The notes under the pieces: model-generated
Seen by the model: the letters and a program-made list of their open reading frames with translations, nothing else
What the model was told of the DNA's origin: nothing
Database searches by the model: none
NCBI GenBank assembly: GCA_001642005.1
Contig: LWCA01000031.1
Span: 1 to 64,000, forward strand
DNA length: 64,000 bases
DNA from: Intoshia linei
Lineage: Eukaryota; Animalia; Orthonectida
Reading direction: 5' to 3'
Part shown: positions 24,601 through 36,049 of the stretch, one piece after another
Layout of the letters: every line of letters begins with the position of its first letter
Position numbering within the stretch: the stretch's first letter is position 1
Position numbers and translations under genes: made by a program

Positions 24601-26688
24601 ATTATTTTAATAGTGAATAGTAGGATTTTTAAGTTGGGTTTTTTAACGTGAATTTATTTTTTTGGTAGAATAAAAAATGTCTTTTCNTTTATATCAACTG
24701 GAATAAGCTCTATCAGAATAATCCTTTTTTTAAATTTTTGGATTCGTTAATTATTTCATATTTTTTGTTTTAATAAAATATTTCGGAAAAAAAATATATG
24801 AATACTAAAATGCTTTTTTATCCGTGAAGTCGTCACTTATTCGGATTGAAATTTTTTGAAATTCTAGGGCTGTTTTCATTAAAAAAAGAAGGGTAATTTG
24901 TGGTTCTGGCACTGAAGATATAGTTTTTAAATTTAAATTTATGATAATGTTTATGATTTTAAAATCCGCATCAGCGTTTTTTAAATTCTCCAACTCGTTT
25001 GATTTTCAAAAGGAGGGACAACTGAGGTTTTTCACTGTTAAGATGTGAAATTGGGAGGTTGAAATTTATGTTATGATACGTCCCAGAAAAAACTGTCATT
25101 GAAATGTGGTATTTAAAAAATTCTAAGAGTACTAGTTATTTCAAAAAAGTAACACAGACAGACACACAAACAAAAATCGCGTCGCATTTTATATAAGTTA
25201 GGATATTGTAGCATAATAAATTTTTCTATTAACAGTTCAATTGTTATTTTTAATTTTTAAATAATGAACGATCTATTAAGCAATGTATAAATGTCCCATT
25301 TTGTAAAAAAACACATTACTAGGGGCTTACAAATTGTATCTGGCCCGAGTCTAATGCTGGCTCTTCACGGTACTAGTTCTACATCTTAACAGATTTATAT
25401 TGTAATTTCAAAATAAAAATTTCAATCAATAGATTTCGGTCGAACTTCAAATTAAGTACATATTTTAATTAATATGATTATTTTAAATAATACCATAATT
25501 TAGGTGTGTTGATATATTTTATACTACGGAAAACCAATTTTCTAATATGTGGAGTACTTGGAGCAATAATTTTTTGTGTACCGTTGTGTCTTTATCATAT
25601 TTATCCTTTATGGATATATGTTATAGTAATGATTAGCGGAGTGGCAACAATAGGTTTGGGATTTTTGTATAAAGTAGCTTATTTAAGTGTTGTTAGATGT
25701 ACCTCAAAACGACAAGGAATTGCATTAGGTATTACCACAGTGGGATCGTCAGTTGGAGGAGTCATATTTCCGCACTTCCTCTCCTTTACCCATACAAAAT
25801 ACTCAAAGTATTACATGTATATTGTATCATCAGCATTCTTTGTCATTATTAGTACATGTTCCATTATATATATCAACCTATCGGTTATACCCGAAAAAAA
25901 AACTGAAAGTAATTTAGACATAGTTGAAAGTAACAATAATGATTCAAAACAACTAAAACAAATTGTAATTTTAAAACAAGTCCCAAACAAAAATAGTGTA
26001 GATAATAAAGTAAATCAAAAATGTAAAATTAAATTTCTGAAAAAAGCTAATGTGGTATTTTGCATTCATATTTTTAAAAATCCAACGTTTATCTTTTTTT
26101 TGTTATGCTCCATTCCATTGACAACGTTTTCCTCAAATCCGTACATTTATATTGTGCAACATTTAAAACACAACGATGCTTCCGATTATATGGTTAATTA
26201 CGTTTTTTCAATAGTCAGTGTTTGTGGAGGATTAGGAAAATTTTTCATTGGTTTTGGTCGAGACAAATGTAAAATTTCTGCACAGTATCAATATTTTTTC
26301 ACAATGATTATTATCTCAAGTTGCCACTTATCTTTGGCTGTTGTTTCTAATGTTTATCTAAAAATTACCCTATATGCTGTATACTCCTTCTTCCAAGTCA
26401 GTCAATACATACTACCTATATTTTGTTTTCCTGCTTCTTACAACCCACACGAAATCAACGTTGCATATTCGTATTATATGGCTATCGTTGGAATTTTTGT
26501 CATAATTGGAGGTCGCCTTTCAGGTAATTATTATTTGACAAACTACATAATTCTGTTTAGTATTAATTAAAGATACATATCCAGTGTTCTCTACAATATA
26601 CTATGTGGGTGGAATAACATCATTAGTCGGAGCCATGTTTATGTTGGCGTTGGCTGTACATACGAAAAGAAAACAAATTTGTATTTAA
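18659..26688 (+). CDS. SLC16/MCT-like MFS protein, paralogue C (about 445 aa). Exons 18659-18848, 25504-26523, 26561-26688. Intron 1 spans three assembly gaps
   Basis: VIDGWTYTLS and SKRQGIALGITTVGSSVGG motifs. Same two phase-1 introns; intron 2 is 37 nt. Confidence 0.8.
19100..19400 (-). pseudogene. Tc1/mariner transposase remnant
   Basis: GSIMIW, then after a frameshift GCLTYCG...FIFQQDHARPH, and downstream PDLFPIENL. These are DD34E-region motifs. Confidence 0.8.
20607..21974. mobile_element. Non-autonomous hAT element with a perfect 8-bp TSD
   Basis: TIR TAGTGTTT...AAACACTA, subterminal TTACCG/CGGTAA repeats, TSD ATAGTGTC at 20599-20606 and 21975-21982. Confidence 0.85.
20710..21369 (-). 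mobile_element. Buster/Charlie hAT deletion derivative nested in the 20607-21974 element
   Basis: TIR CAGGGTTTCTCAACC / GGTTAAGAAACCTG, TSD TCTTAAAT/GCTTAAAT. Minus strand reads EYVKYGFTG...CHFIMCNSNLKP (Buster BED-type N-terminus). Confidence 0.8.
21990..22383 (+). mobile_element. Helitron body (outermost element of the nest), interrupted by a Buster insertion at CTTTAAAG
   Basis: Collinear with 36870-37145. It resumes at 24596 and again at 31696, where it reaches the CTAG terminus at 31833. Confidence 0.7.
22730..24425 (-). mobile_element. Helitron copy inside the Buster element (level 3 of the nest)
   Basis: Reverse-complement match to the family body, with the 5' motif AACTTATATAAAA near 24413-24425. 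Boundaries are approximate. Confidence 0.7.
22885..23528 (-). mobile_element. Buster hAT deletion derivative (level 4 of the nest)
   Basis: TIR CAGTGTTTCCCAACC / GGTGGGAAACACTG, perfect TSD GTGTAGAC at 22877-22884 and 23529-23536. Minus strand reads FPSSYLPECWFSAV...GDLRLKLTTLVPNI (Buster C-terminus). Confidence 0.9.
24688..25203 (-). mobile_element. Helitron 5' half with an intact TC start
   Basis: Reverse complement reads A|TCCTAACTTATATAAAATGCGACGCGATTTTTGTTTGTGTGTCTGTCTG. Confidence 0.8.
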
Positions 26689-26732
26689 TATATTAACAAA
26701 TGTACAAAAATGTAACAATATTAAACGTAACT

Positions 26733-27756
26733 TTAACTCTTCTTACTCACGTTTTCAACTGCATCGGCAATAGACTTGTATTTATCGTTTGAACATACAT
26801 CAGAATCTGATATAGACTTTTTCTGAATAATTCGCAGTCTAAAGGAAAATAAATTTTAAATAAAATAAACTAATAAACCTAATTTTTGAAACAACGTCGG
26901 ACATGAACCCCTTGACATCGACCATGATCAAAACTAGTACTATCAAGGTAATGTACATTACAATGGTTTCTACCAAAATTGGCAAAATTAAATTATAATT
27001 ATTGATGTAGCTAAACAAGAAAAATGCATCACAGGCACAGTTTATTATTGCAGCCAAGAAGCACCGTAAGGTTTCACTTCTGTTACCCATTGGAGCTGTG
27101 ATGGTGGTAGTAATCAATGTTAAAAACGTGAATAGGTACATTAATAATGATAGAGATGGTGTCGTTAAAGTCATTTTGATAGCCAGTAAGGTGTTCTGAC
27201 TCGGTCTGTAGATGGAGAAGAAATCGTCCAATAATCTAGGCATATAACATAAATCTTTTATTGATAGCAAAAAGAGCAGTATCAACGTTTCAATGCTTGC
27301 AACAGTCACAATAACAGAAGTTGAAATCAACAACGGTGAAATTACGAACCACGTACTACTGCACCATTTATTATAGTATTCAAATTTGACCAGTTTTAAA
27401 AATATTGAAATTGCCATAAACGTGAAACTTGCCGACACACAAGAACGTATTACCATGTACAATATAACCGTGACTAAACTGAGACAATTATCTTTTGCAT
27501 GGTTCATGTTGTTTGTGAATATAAAGTTTATCAAAGCCCATATATTTGTGATAAAAAAACACAAAACAATATTGCTAAATGGAAAATAATCAGTTATATT
27601 AATATCATCAACTTACTTGGTGAAACACAACATTACGGAAAAGTTTTTTTTCGTTATAATTACACATACAGCCCAAAATATGAACGCAAAACTTAAAAAC
27701 ATCAACACCTTGATGACAAGCATTATAATTTCATATTCATTGTGGGTTAGATTCAT
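26733..27756 (-). CDS. Divergent seven-transmembrane (GPCR-like) protein, about 313 aa. Exons 27756-27617, 27574-26879, 26838-26733
   Basis: Short N-terminus with an NLT sequon, seven hydrophobic segments, Cys at the top of TM3 (DNC) and in the loop after TM4 (DLC), polar Ser-rich tail. 42- and 40-nt GT-AG introns join in frame. Confidence 0.65.
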
Positions 27757-28314
27757 ATTCGATTCAGCATACAATTAGTTTTATTAATGAAACTTTATTT
27801 ATTCCAGTAGTATTTGCATTGTAATGTTTATTTAGAGATTACATACAATGTCAATAATACATACATGTATTATTATGGTTTCATTTTATAGCAGCATCTT
27901 TAATTTTTTCAGTCCAGTAAATTATCAATATCCGATAAATAATGGATAATGTGTAAATTATAATGTATTATTTATAATAATTAACAAGGCGCGGTACTGA
28001 AAAATGTAACATGTTAAAACATATATCATTATAATCCTCTCAGTTCACAGGCAGATACTTTTTTTCCAGATCCTCTTAAGAAGTTATTCCAGTTTTGAAA
28101 TTCTAAATATTTACATGCCTACTTTGACCCAATTGAACTTATCCGTTTAATTTTATTAATTGTTTTGCGTTAATAATTTAAAATGATATTTAATTTTGAA
28201 ATTTATAGCACAATATTCATTATTTGCGTTGACGTGTGTATTACTTCACACAAAATTGTCAATCTAAGATGAGCACGGAAAGCGCGTAAATATTGTGATG
28301 AAACAATTTGAATA

Positions 28315-28990
28315 AAACACGTTCAATGCACATTTTTTTTTGAAATTGTTTGATCAATACAATGTTTGTATTTACATTTTCCATTTTAATTTTAATCGAA
28401 ATATTTGAAAAATATTGAGTGATAGTATATTAAAAATTATTTTTCACCGCGAATGTGTAGATTTCTGGGATTGAAATTTTGTATTTATATCAACTGGAAT
28501 AATATGTATCAGAATAACCTTTTTTTTAATTGTGGCACAGTTAATTATTTCACATATTTTTTTTTAATAAAATTGTTTCAAAATAAAAAAAATATGAATA
28601 CAAATATGTACTAAAGTGCTTTTTTGACCGTGAAGGTGTCACTTATTCAGATTGAAATTTTTTGTGTGTGTTAAAATGATACAACTGTACCACCTGTAAT
28701 TTTTATAAAATTCTAGGGCTGTTTTTATTTAAAAAAAATGGTAATGTGGGTTTTAATCGTGATAATTATCTTTTTTGAGGTTTCCATTTATAGTAATGTT
28801 TATGATTTTAAAAACTATCCCAGAACAATAGTTATGAAAGTATAGCTACTTGTATACCAGAAGTTATGTTTAAAATAATTTTGGGACATGTTTCAATGTT
28901 AAAAAAAGGGTAATTTGAGGTTTTGACTGTGAAGGTATGCGTTTCGGAGACTGAAATTAACGATAATGTTAATAATTTTAAAGCGCGTTC
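28315..28990 (-). mobile_element. Helitron-family body fragment
   Basis: Collinear with 23540-24030 and 24690-24960. Confidence 0.65.
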
Positions 28991-29604
28991 CAAAAAGTAT
29001 ATTTCTAAAAAGAGGCTAACTATTGTATTTATTATTAATTAACGTATTGAATAAGCGACAATATATATTTCCGACACGTAAAGTCTCAGAAACGTTAGGT
29101 TACGTTACGTCTGGTATTCAGTATAAATAACTCAAATTTGAAATACGTAAACTTAAACAATAAAACAGGTATTATAATGTCTTGATTCGATTTAAACGCA
29201 TATTTGATCAGATTATAAATTAATCATTATATTTATATATATGAATTATATAATTGAATAATTATTCAATTATTATTTTATTTAATATAATTTATACACT
29301 CATAATGCACAGCCTAAATTTATTATTTATTTATTATTATTTTCTAAATTTAGAACTGACATTTAGTTCAAAAAAATTACTCATCCAAAATTTCAACATT
29401 TTCTGATTTGGCACACTTTCAGGAGTGTTTTAAAAAAAAATTAAAAAATTCTTAGTAGCGTTTTTGAGTAAAAGTCAAAAATGTATATTTTTCTCCAAAA
29501 ATTTAAATAGATGGAAATTTCAATGTCTTAAAACTTTTAAATTCAAATTTTTTTAATTTTGAAAGACTTCAAACATTTTGTAAAAGTTAATTGAAATGGC
29601 ATAT

Positions 29605-29990
29605 ATGTATAATATAATATGCTACGCGATTTTTGTTTGTGTGTGTGTCTATGTGTTCAACTTTATTTAAATAACTACGCGTCTTAGAATTTTTTAAAGA
29701 CCACATTTCAATTACAGTTTTTTCCGGGACGTATAATAAGATAAATTTTAACCTCCAAATTTCATATCTTACGGGTCAAAAACCCCAGTTGTACCTTCTT
29801 TTGAAAATCAAACGAGTTGGAGAATTTAAAAAAATATATACGCTGATGCGGATTTTAAAATTATAAACAATATCATAAATTTAAATTTAAAAAAATTATA
29901 TCTTATGAGTAAAATCTTATGACATATAGGTGAAAATCTATATAATTCATTCCTTCGGAATTTTTTTATCTATCTGGTAATGTTTCATTT
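29605..29990 (+). mobile_element. Helitron-family 5' fragment
   Basis: ATGCTACGCGATTTTTGTTTGTGTGTGTCT... is the reverse complement of 24180-24415. Confidence 0.7.
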
Positions 29991-30537
29991 TTCAATTTAT
30001 TTTTAATCAGAGATGATGTAACTTTATCTGTGCATTTTTAACTACCAGATTCAACAAGTACCTGAATATTGTCAACTCTCATAGCTTCAGTACAGGAACG
30101 CAACTTACCACGAGCTAATGTTGATAGGCAAAAGCTGCATACTATCATTGGCGAAGGTTTTTTTTGACATATTTTTATATACAAATGATGTTAATTTTTT
30201 TGACACTTCAAAATCACTCTCCTGTTTTTGGACGTCCAGAAGAATTACGTTTTTTAATTTTAAGAACATCATTATTACTATTGAAATTGAATGATAATTG
30301 TGATAGGCAAATTGTACATAAACAAGTTTTGTTCAGCGAAGATCGAATATTCCGTTTAGAATTAATGGTGAGTTTAAAATAATCAAAATTTTCAATTTTT
30401 CTACTGAAAATATCATTTTCATATTCATGGACAATTTTCTGGCAGTTGCTGCATATCACATTAGGTAAACGATCATCATTTTTATCAATACCTTGATCAA
30501 AATATAGCTCAACCAGTGACCATACAAGAGTAGAGAT
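29990..30537 (-). pseudogene. Chapaev-like transposase N-terminal zinc-finger remnant, truncated by a hAT end (CAGTGGCGTAAC at 30538)
   Basis: DDRLPNVICSNC...CLCTICLS, then IVCSFCLSTLARGKLRSC. Contains stops. Confidence 0.6.
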
Positions 30538-31274
30538 CAGTGGCGTAACGTCATAGTGTGCAAGGTGTTCGCCGAACACCCTAGACAATTTAAAATTTAA
30601 AAAAATTATATTTAATAAATAACATAATTTTTATTATTTAAGTTCGATATCACATCATAGTTCATATTCGATATTCATATATTATGTCAATAATAAATTA
30701 TCTGTTAAAATCTATCTTTCAAAAACAGTACTAAATTTTAAACTCATAATAAATTTGTACATCGTAAAAATTGCATAAATATTTTCTATAAAGATTTATA
30801 TTCTAAAATTATACTCAAGGTGTCTTGACAATTTAGCGAACACAATTTCATAGTATTTTAATGATTAATTTATGCTCACATTTATAATATGAAAATATTT
30901 TCTATAGAGATTTACATTGTCAAATTTTACTTAAGGTGTGTTGAAAATAAAATAAACAACTTACACTTAGATATAGATTTAGACTTTAACCCTTTCACAG
31001 TCTGTGTATTCTATACCAGTGCTAGCCAAGTTAAATTTTAAAAAAATGAAAAATGAGGAACTTGTGCAATTAAAGTTTATTATATAATGTTCATGTATTA
31101 GTGTCGCAAACTTCGTGTTGATAGTAAACACGAATAGAATGTCATTTTATAAATATTAAAATACAACAAAGACTAAATTGAGTCAATACACTAATAAATG
31201 ATGTTAGAGTTTACAATTTATATAAAAATAAAACATTGAATTCAAATTTATAATGTTAAACTATCAAGTAACTN

Positions 31275-31833
31275 AAAATCCGCATCAGCGTATATATTTT
31301 TTTTAATTTTTCAACTCGTTTTAATTTTCAAAAAGAGGGACAACAGGGGTTTTTGACCTGTAAGATGTAAAATTGGAAGGTTGAAATTTATCTTATTATA
31401 CGTCTCGGAAAAAACTGTAATTAAAATGTAGTCTTTTAAATATTCTAAGAGTGGTAGTTATTTCAATAAAGTGGAACACACACATAGACACACAAACAAA
31501 AATCGCGTAGCCTTTTATATAAGTTGTAACAACCAGATCCACTCATATGCAAGGGTCTCCGTAACCATGTCTAAAACGCCTATCGGCTTCCCTACTTCCA
31601 TTCTTAACGAGGGGATACATTTCTAGTAGATTTTTCTTATTGATGTGGGCCCCAAAAAAGTTCTGTAGACCCCGTTGAAAATGGCTGCTTTAAAGAATTG
31701 ATTATTTTAATAGTGAATAGTAGGATTTTTAAGTTGGGTTTTTTAACGTGAATTTATTTTTTTGGTAGAATAAAAAATGTCTTTTCTGCAAAGCTAAATG
31801 CTGTTTGTACGTAGTACATAACAGTCAACCTAG
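31275..31833. repeat. Near-identical copy of about 24183-24686, continuing to a Helitron 3' end
   Basis: Starts right after the N at 31274. Contains the same Buster end plus CTTTAAAG (31674-31695) and finishes with hairpin-CTAG|T at 31801-31833. Confidence 0.9.
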
Positions 31834-32715
31834 TAAGATTATATATGTTACCGTCCGTTTGGAATTTCACTCATTTTGAAAAATATAGAATTAATAATGA
31901 TGAATGAAGGTCTACCAGTGTAAAAAAGTATTATATCTTTTTTTACTATAAGTATTTTTTCTTTTTATCGGTCTCCTTATGAGGTTAAAGGTCCGATAAG
32001 GAGTCCCAGAAATTATTTTTATATTATTATATATATTAAATATATAATTAGTATATTATATAGTTCAATCATTAACGATTTTTCAGATTTCCATTTTTGG
32101 TCAAATAGAGTTTGAACAATTTTTTAAATTATTATAGTGTCATACTTACACTAAATTATACTTAATATGAGGGTACGAAATTATTTTTTTTCAGTTTAGG
32201 GACTTATTTACCAACTGTGAAGTATGTTGGGTACCGCTGATGTAAAGTAATTAAATTAAAAATTATTATATTATATAATATATAATATATTATATAATTA
32301 ACTATATACACATTATTATAATATGTGTTTATTTATTTATTTGTCTGTCTGCATGTTTCAGTTTATTTAAGAAAGTAAGAGGAGTTAAGTTTTAAAATTC
32401 CATATTTCTATTACGGTTTTTCGAGAGTGATGTTTTATCGTAAATGTTATTTTCAAAAATTGTGTCCTTCAAGGTCAAATACCCCAATTACTTTAAAATA
32501 TTATCAACCAATATTTTTTTAATGTTTGGATTAAAATTAAAAATGGAAATGTTCTACATCGAAAAGTAAATAATTTTATAAATGTTTTAATTCAGTCATA
32601 GAAAAAGTGCGATTTCCGTACATTTAAAATAAATAAACTACCAAATAAAGACATCTGACTAAAATTATTAAAAAAGACTTTCAATTTAAAATTTTTATTT
32701 TTTATATTACAAAAA

Positions 32716-32880
32716 GAGGTGCGCGAACGCTACCTCGAAACGAAAAATATTTTGCCCAACAATGCATTGCAAAGTTGCAGATAGTTAAATTACTTTGTGC
32801 AATATAATTTAGCAATCTGGTCTAGAATCTCCATGATCATCCTAGATACCGCAATCGTAAATTAAAGGATAATAAAAAAC
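32716..32880 (+). repeat. Interspersed repeat with a GGTGCGCGAACGCTAC end (other copies at about 34700-34953 on - and 53229-53500 on +); possibly Helentron/HINE-like
   Basis: Three alignable copies of at least 160 bp that begin after A/T-rich runs. No TSD was found, so the class is a guess. Confidence 0.5.
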
Positions 32881-33713
32881 TTTGCTTATTTATAAATCAA
32901 CAGAAAAAAGTGACAAAATTAGCATAATTTATGCATTTAGACAAAATTAAACACTAGAAATTTATCACGAATCATATATAAATTTAAATTTTGATAATAT
33001 GCATATTAATAATATAAGTTAATATGTTGAAAATTAGGAAAATATTATAAATTAACATAAAATGAAATGAATCTTTATCAGAAATTTTCGATATAACTTT
33101 TAAATTTTAATTACTTTGGAAATTGAGTTATTATGTAAATAAAAAAGGATTTTATGTACATTGTACACTACATTATTAAAAGTAAGATTGAAAATAAATA
33201 AAATTTAGTTCAAAATCTACTTAGCACGTTAACTTGATAATAAAAGTACAAAAATATAATAAAAAGTACAAATTCTGATTAATATTCCAATTTTGATTCA
33301 ATTAAGTGAAATAAGTTTATTTAACTGTAATGTAAGTTTACAAGCAAGATCATAATTACTCAGTGTGGGTATTATATTTCAAAATAATAAGCCTTTTCAA
33401 GTCAAATTGATCACATAATACTAATTAATACATAAGTCAAAAGAAAAAATCAAGGACAGTTACATAACCGACATGTACTACGTGATATTTTTAACTGTAA
33501 CAATTAATTGAAACAATGAAACATTACATTTGACATACATTGTATATTGAATACATACAATTATAATTGAATCCAATTTATTTAAATTAGTTAATTTGAA
33601 AAAAGCAATCTAGATTTCTATTATTTTTTCGTATTGTTATTAATCCAATTAAACTGGTCCATATATTAAATTATATACTATCAAATACCCTGCAATATAA
33701 AATATTTGATTTA

Positions 33714-35373
33714 ATGCTGGATAAAACCAATTCTTTAATCTGTACAAATAACGAAAATCAAAAGATTTCACAGGATGTAAACTTTAAAAGTGGAATACAT
33801 CAAAAATGTCGCAAGTATCTGTCACTGTTGAATCAATATCAATTAGATTACAAAAGTTGGTATGATAAAAGACAAAGATCTTTTTCTTTTGAATTATCAA
33901 GCATCAGATCTGTACACCCTAATCAAAATTTAAAATTTGAATTCATCAAGGATTTATTGTCTGTATATTTTCTATGTAAAAATAGCAAAAATACTAAAAT
34001 GTGTTTACTTGAAGAATATTACCAACAATACACTAGAGTACATAATATTATTAAAGAAATTTTCAAATTTATTAAATTACAAAATTTGTTTATTTTGTTC
34101 AACTATAAACCTTACACTATACTTGAACCGGCAAAACTAAAATTTGATGAAATAAAATATTTCAAAAGTCACCCTCAATGTCTTTCCTTCAGTAACGGAA
34201 ATTTTATTAAATTTATCCATGAAAAATGTCACATTATTGATAAAAATTTAATTAAGTTTATCATTATACGATTGTATCAGGAAGATTTAAAAAATTGTAA
34301 CGATTGGCGAACCTTTTCACTGGATGAACTCAATATTGCTAAATATCCCAATGTATGGTAAATTTTTGTCTAATTTCTATTAACATCAATGAGTGTAAGT
34401 AAAAATAAATACATTAACATTGATTACATTCAATTAATATCACAAAAGTTATGTAATATTCATTGCTTTTATGTACAGAGTTTAATAGTAAATAAGTTAA
34501 TTGTGCATAACATTACATTGTACATGTTATTTAATTTATCTAATTATATTTTGATTAAATTAAATATAAAAGATTAATACCAAAGAAATTAAAATAAGAA
34601 TTTTTACCAGTTTAAAAATAACGAAAGGTAAAAATGACGCTTAAAAACATGATAAATTTTATTTTTAATAGAATACTATAAACGTAAAATAATAATTGTT
34701 TTATTTAAAAATTTATTTAAACCCAATCCGTTCATATATTAGGATTTTAAAATAAATATTTGATAAAAAATATCTTTTTAAAAGAATTATAATATCGTAT
34801 AGTTAATTTACGACTGAAGTATCCGAGATGATCATATAGCTCTCGGGCCAGATGTCGTTATTATATTACATACAATTTTAAAGGTATCTGCAACATTACA
34901 TTATATTTGTTGAGCAAATAATTTTTTATGGTTGGGTAGCGTTCGCGCACCTCTTTATTAATTAATAATAGACTCAGAAATCAGACAAATGGAAGAATTT
35001 CTAAATAATTCTTGAATCAAAACTTTACCATATAACATTTAAACCTGATTATTCATATGATTTATTTATTAATAATATAAAATATAGGTATACTTATTCG
35101 GTAATGAACCCTCATGTGTATCAAAAAATATTGGCATATATACCAATATTAATTTCAAAAACTATTAATTACCTCTATGAAATTGAAATTTCTTTGCATT
35201 CTAGAAATTTAATATTTTTAAAATTACCAATAATTGATGACACTCTATTTAAACCCAAAAGGGAATCGGATAAAAAATTAAATATCAAAAATTCTAACCG
35301 AAAATATTCTGCAATGTCTGAACCTGTAAATATCTCTAGAAATTTTTTTTGTAGAAAACCTGGCAGTAGATAA
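33714..35373 (+). CDS. Orphan two-exon gene, about 309 aa. Exons 33714-34357 and 35088-35373
   Basis: The 215-codon ORF ends at TG|GTAAAT. Acceptor AATATAG|G restores TGG and continues in frame into the 35104-35373 ORF. The intron contains a repeat copy. Confidence 0.6.
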
Positions 35374-35859
35374 TATTATTTGTACAATTAAACTATTTTA
35401 AATTTTTTGCATGTTTTTGCCTTGTTCAAAATCAACAATCTTTCAAATAAGAATTTGAACAATTTATATTGTAAAGTACAAAAATACAGTAAAGATATGT
35501 TGAAAATGGGGCATTTTTTCAAATAATATAAAATGGAAATGAATTTTTATCAGAAATTTTCGATACAACTATTTACATTTCAACTACTGGGAAATTTAGT
35601 TATGTACATAAAAAAGAATTTATGTGTTTTGATATTAAATAAATTGCTTTTTTGATAATAAAAGCTTAGCTTTTTGTGATATTGAAATTTTATGGGTTTT
35701 TTAACTGGAAACAGCGGTATTAAATGTGGTATTTCTTTAAAAGTAAAGTCCTAGAACTTAAATTAAATTTGATATAAATATATTAATGGTCATAAAATTT
35801 AAAAAATAAATATTTAAATAATGTCTTCACACGTTTAAGAACCACCCCTTTTAAAAGGT

Positions 35860-35986
35860 TGGTATTAGTGAATAGTAGCATTTTTATGAAAAATTTTACT
35901 AAATGGTAGATTTAAAACGGTCCACTATAGGTAGAGTTAGGTGCATTTAGGTGCAGTTTGTACAAAGTACAAAACAGTCAAGCTAG
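35860..35986 (+). mobile_element. Decayed Helitron 3' end
   Basis: TAGTGAATAGTAG... followed by GTTTGTACAAAGTACAAAACAGTCAAGCTAG|T. Confidence 0.6.
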
Positions 35987-36049
35987 TCTAAAATAATAAA
36001 GTGAGTGTTTATATTTTTTATCATTACTATAATTTCCTTTCTGGTATAC

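Noticed and set aside
24050-24686. Apparent recent segmental duplication with 31275-31786
   Set aside because: The first copy is bounded by N gaps on both sides and the second starts at one, so an assembly artefact is the simpler explanation.
32716-34953. Inverted repeat pair flanking exon 1 of the orphan gene, suggesting Pack-type gene capture
   Set aside because: There is no TSD, the 34953 copy is much closer to the 53229 copy than to the 32716 copy, and exon 2 lies outside. These are independent insertions.
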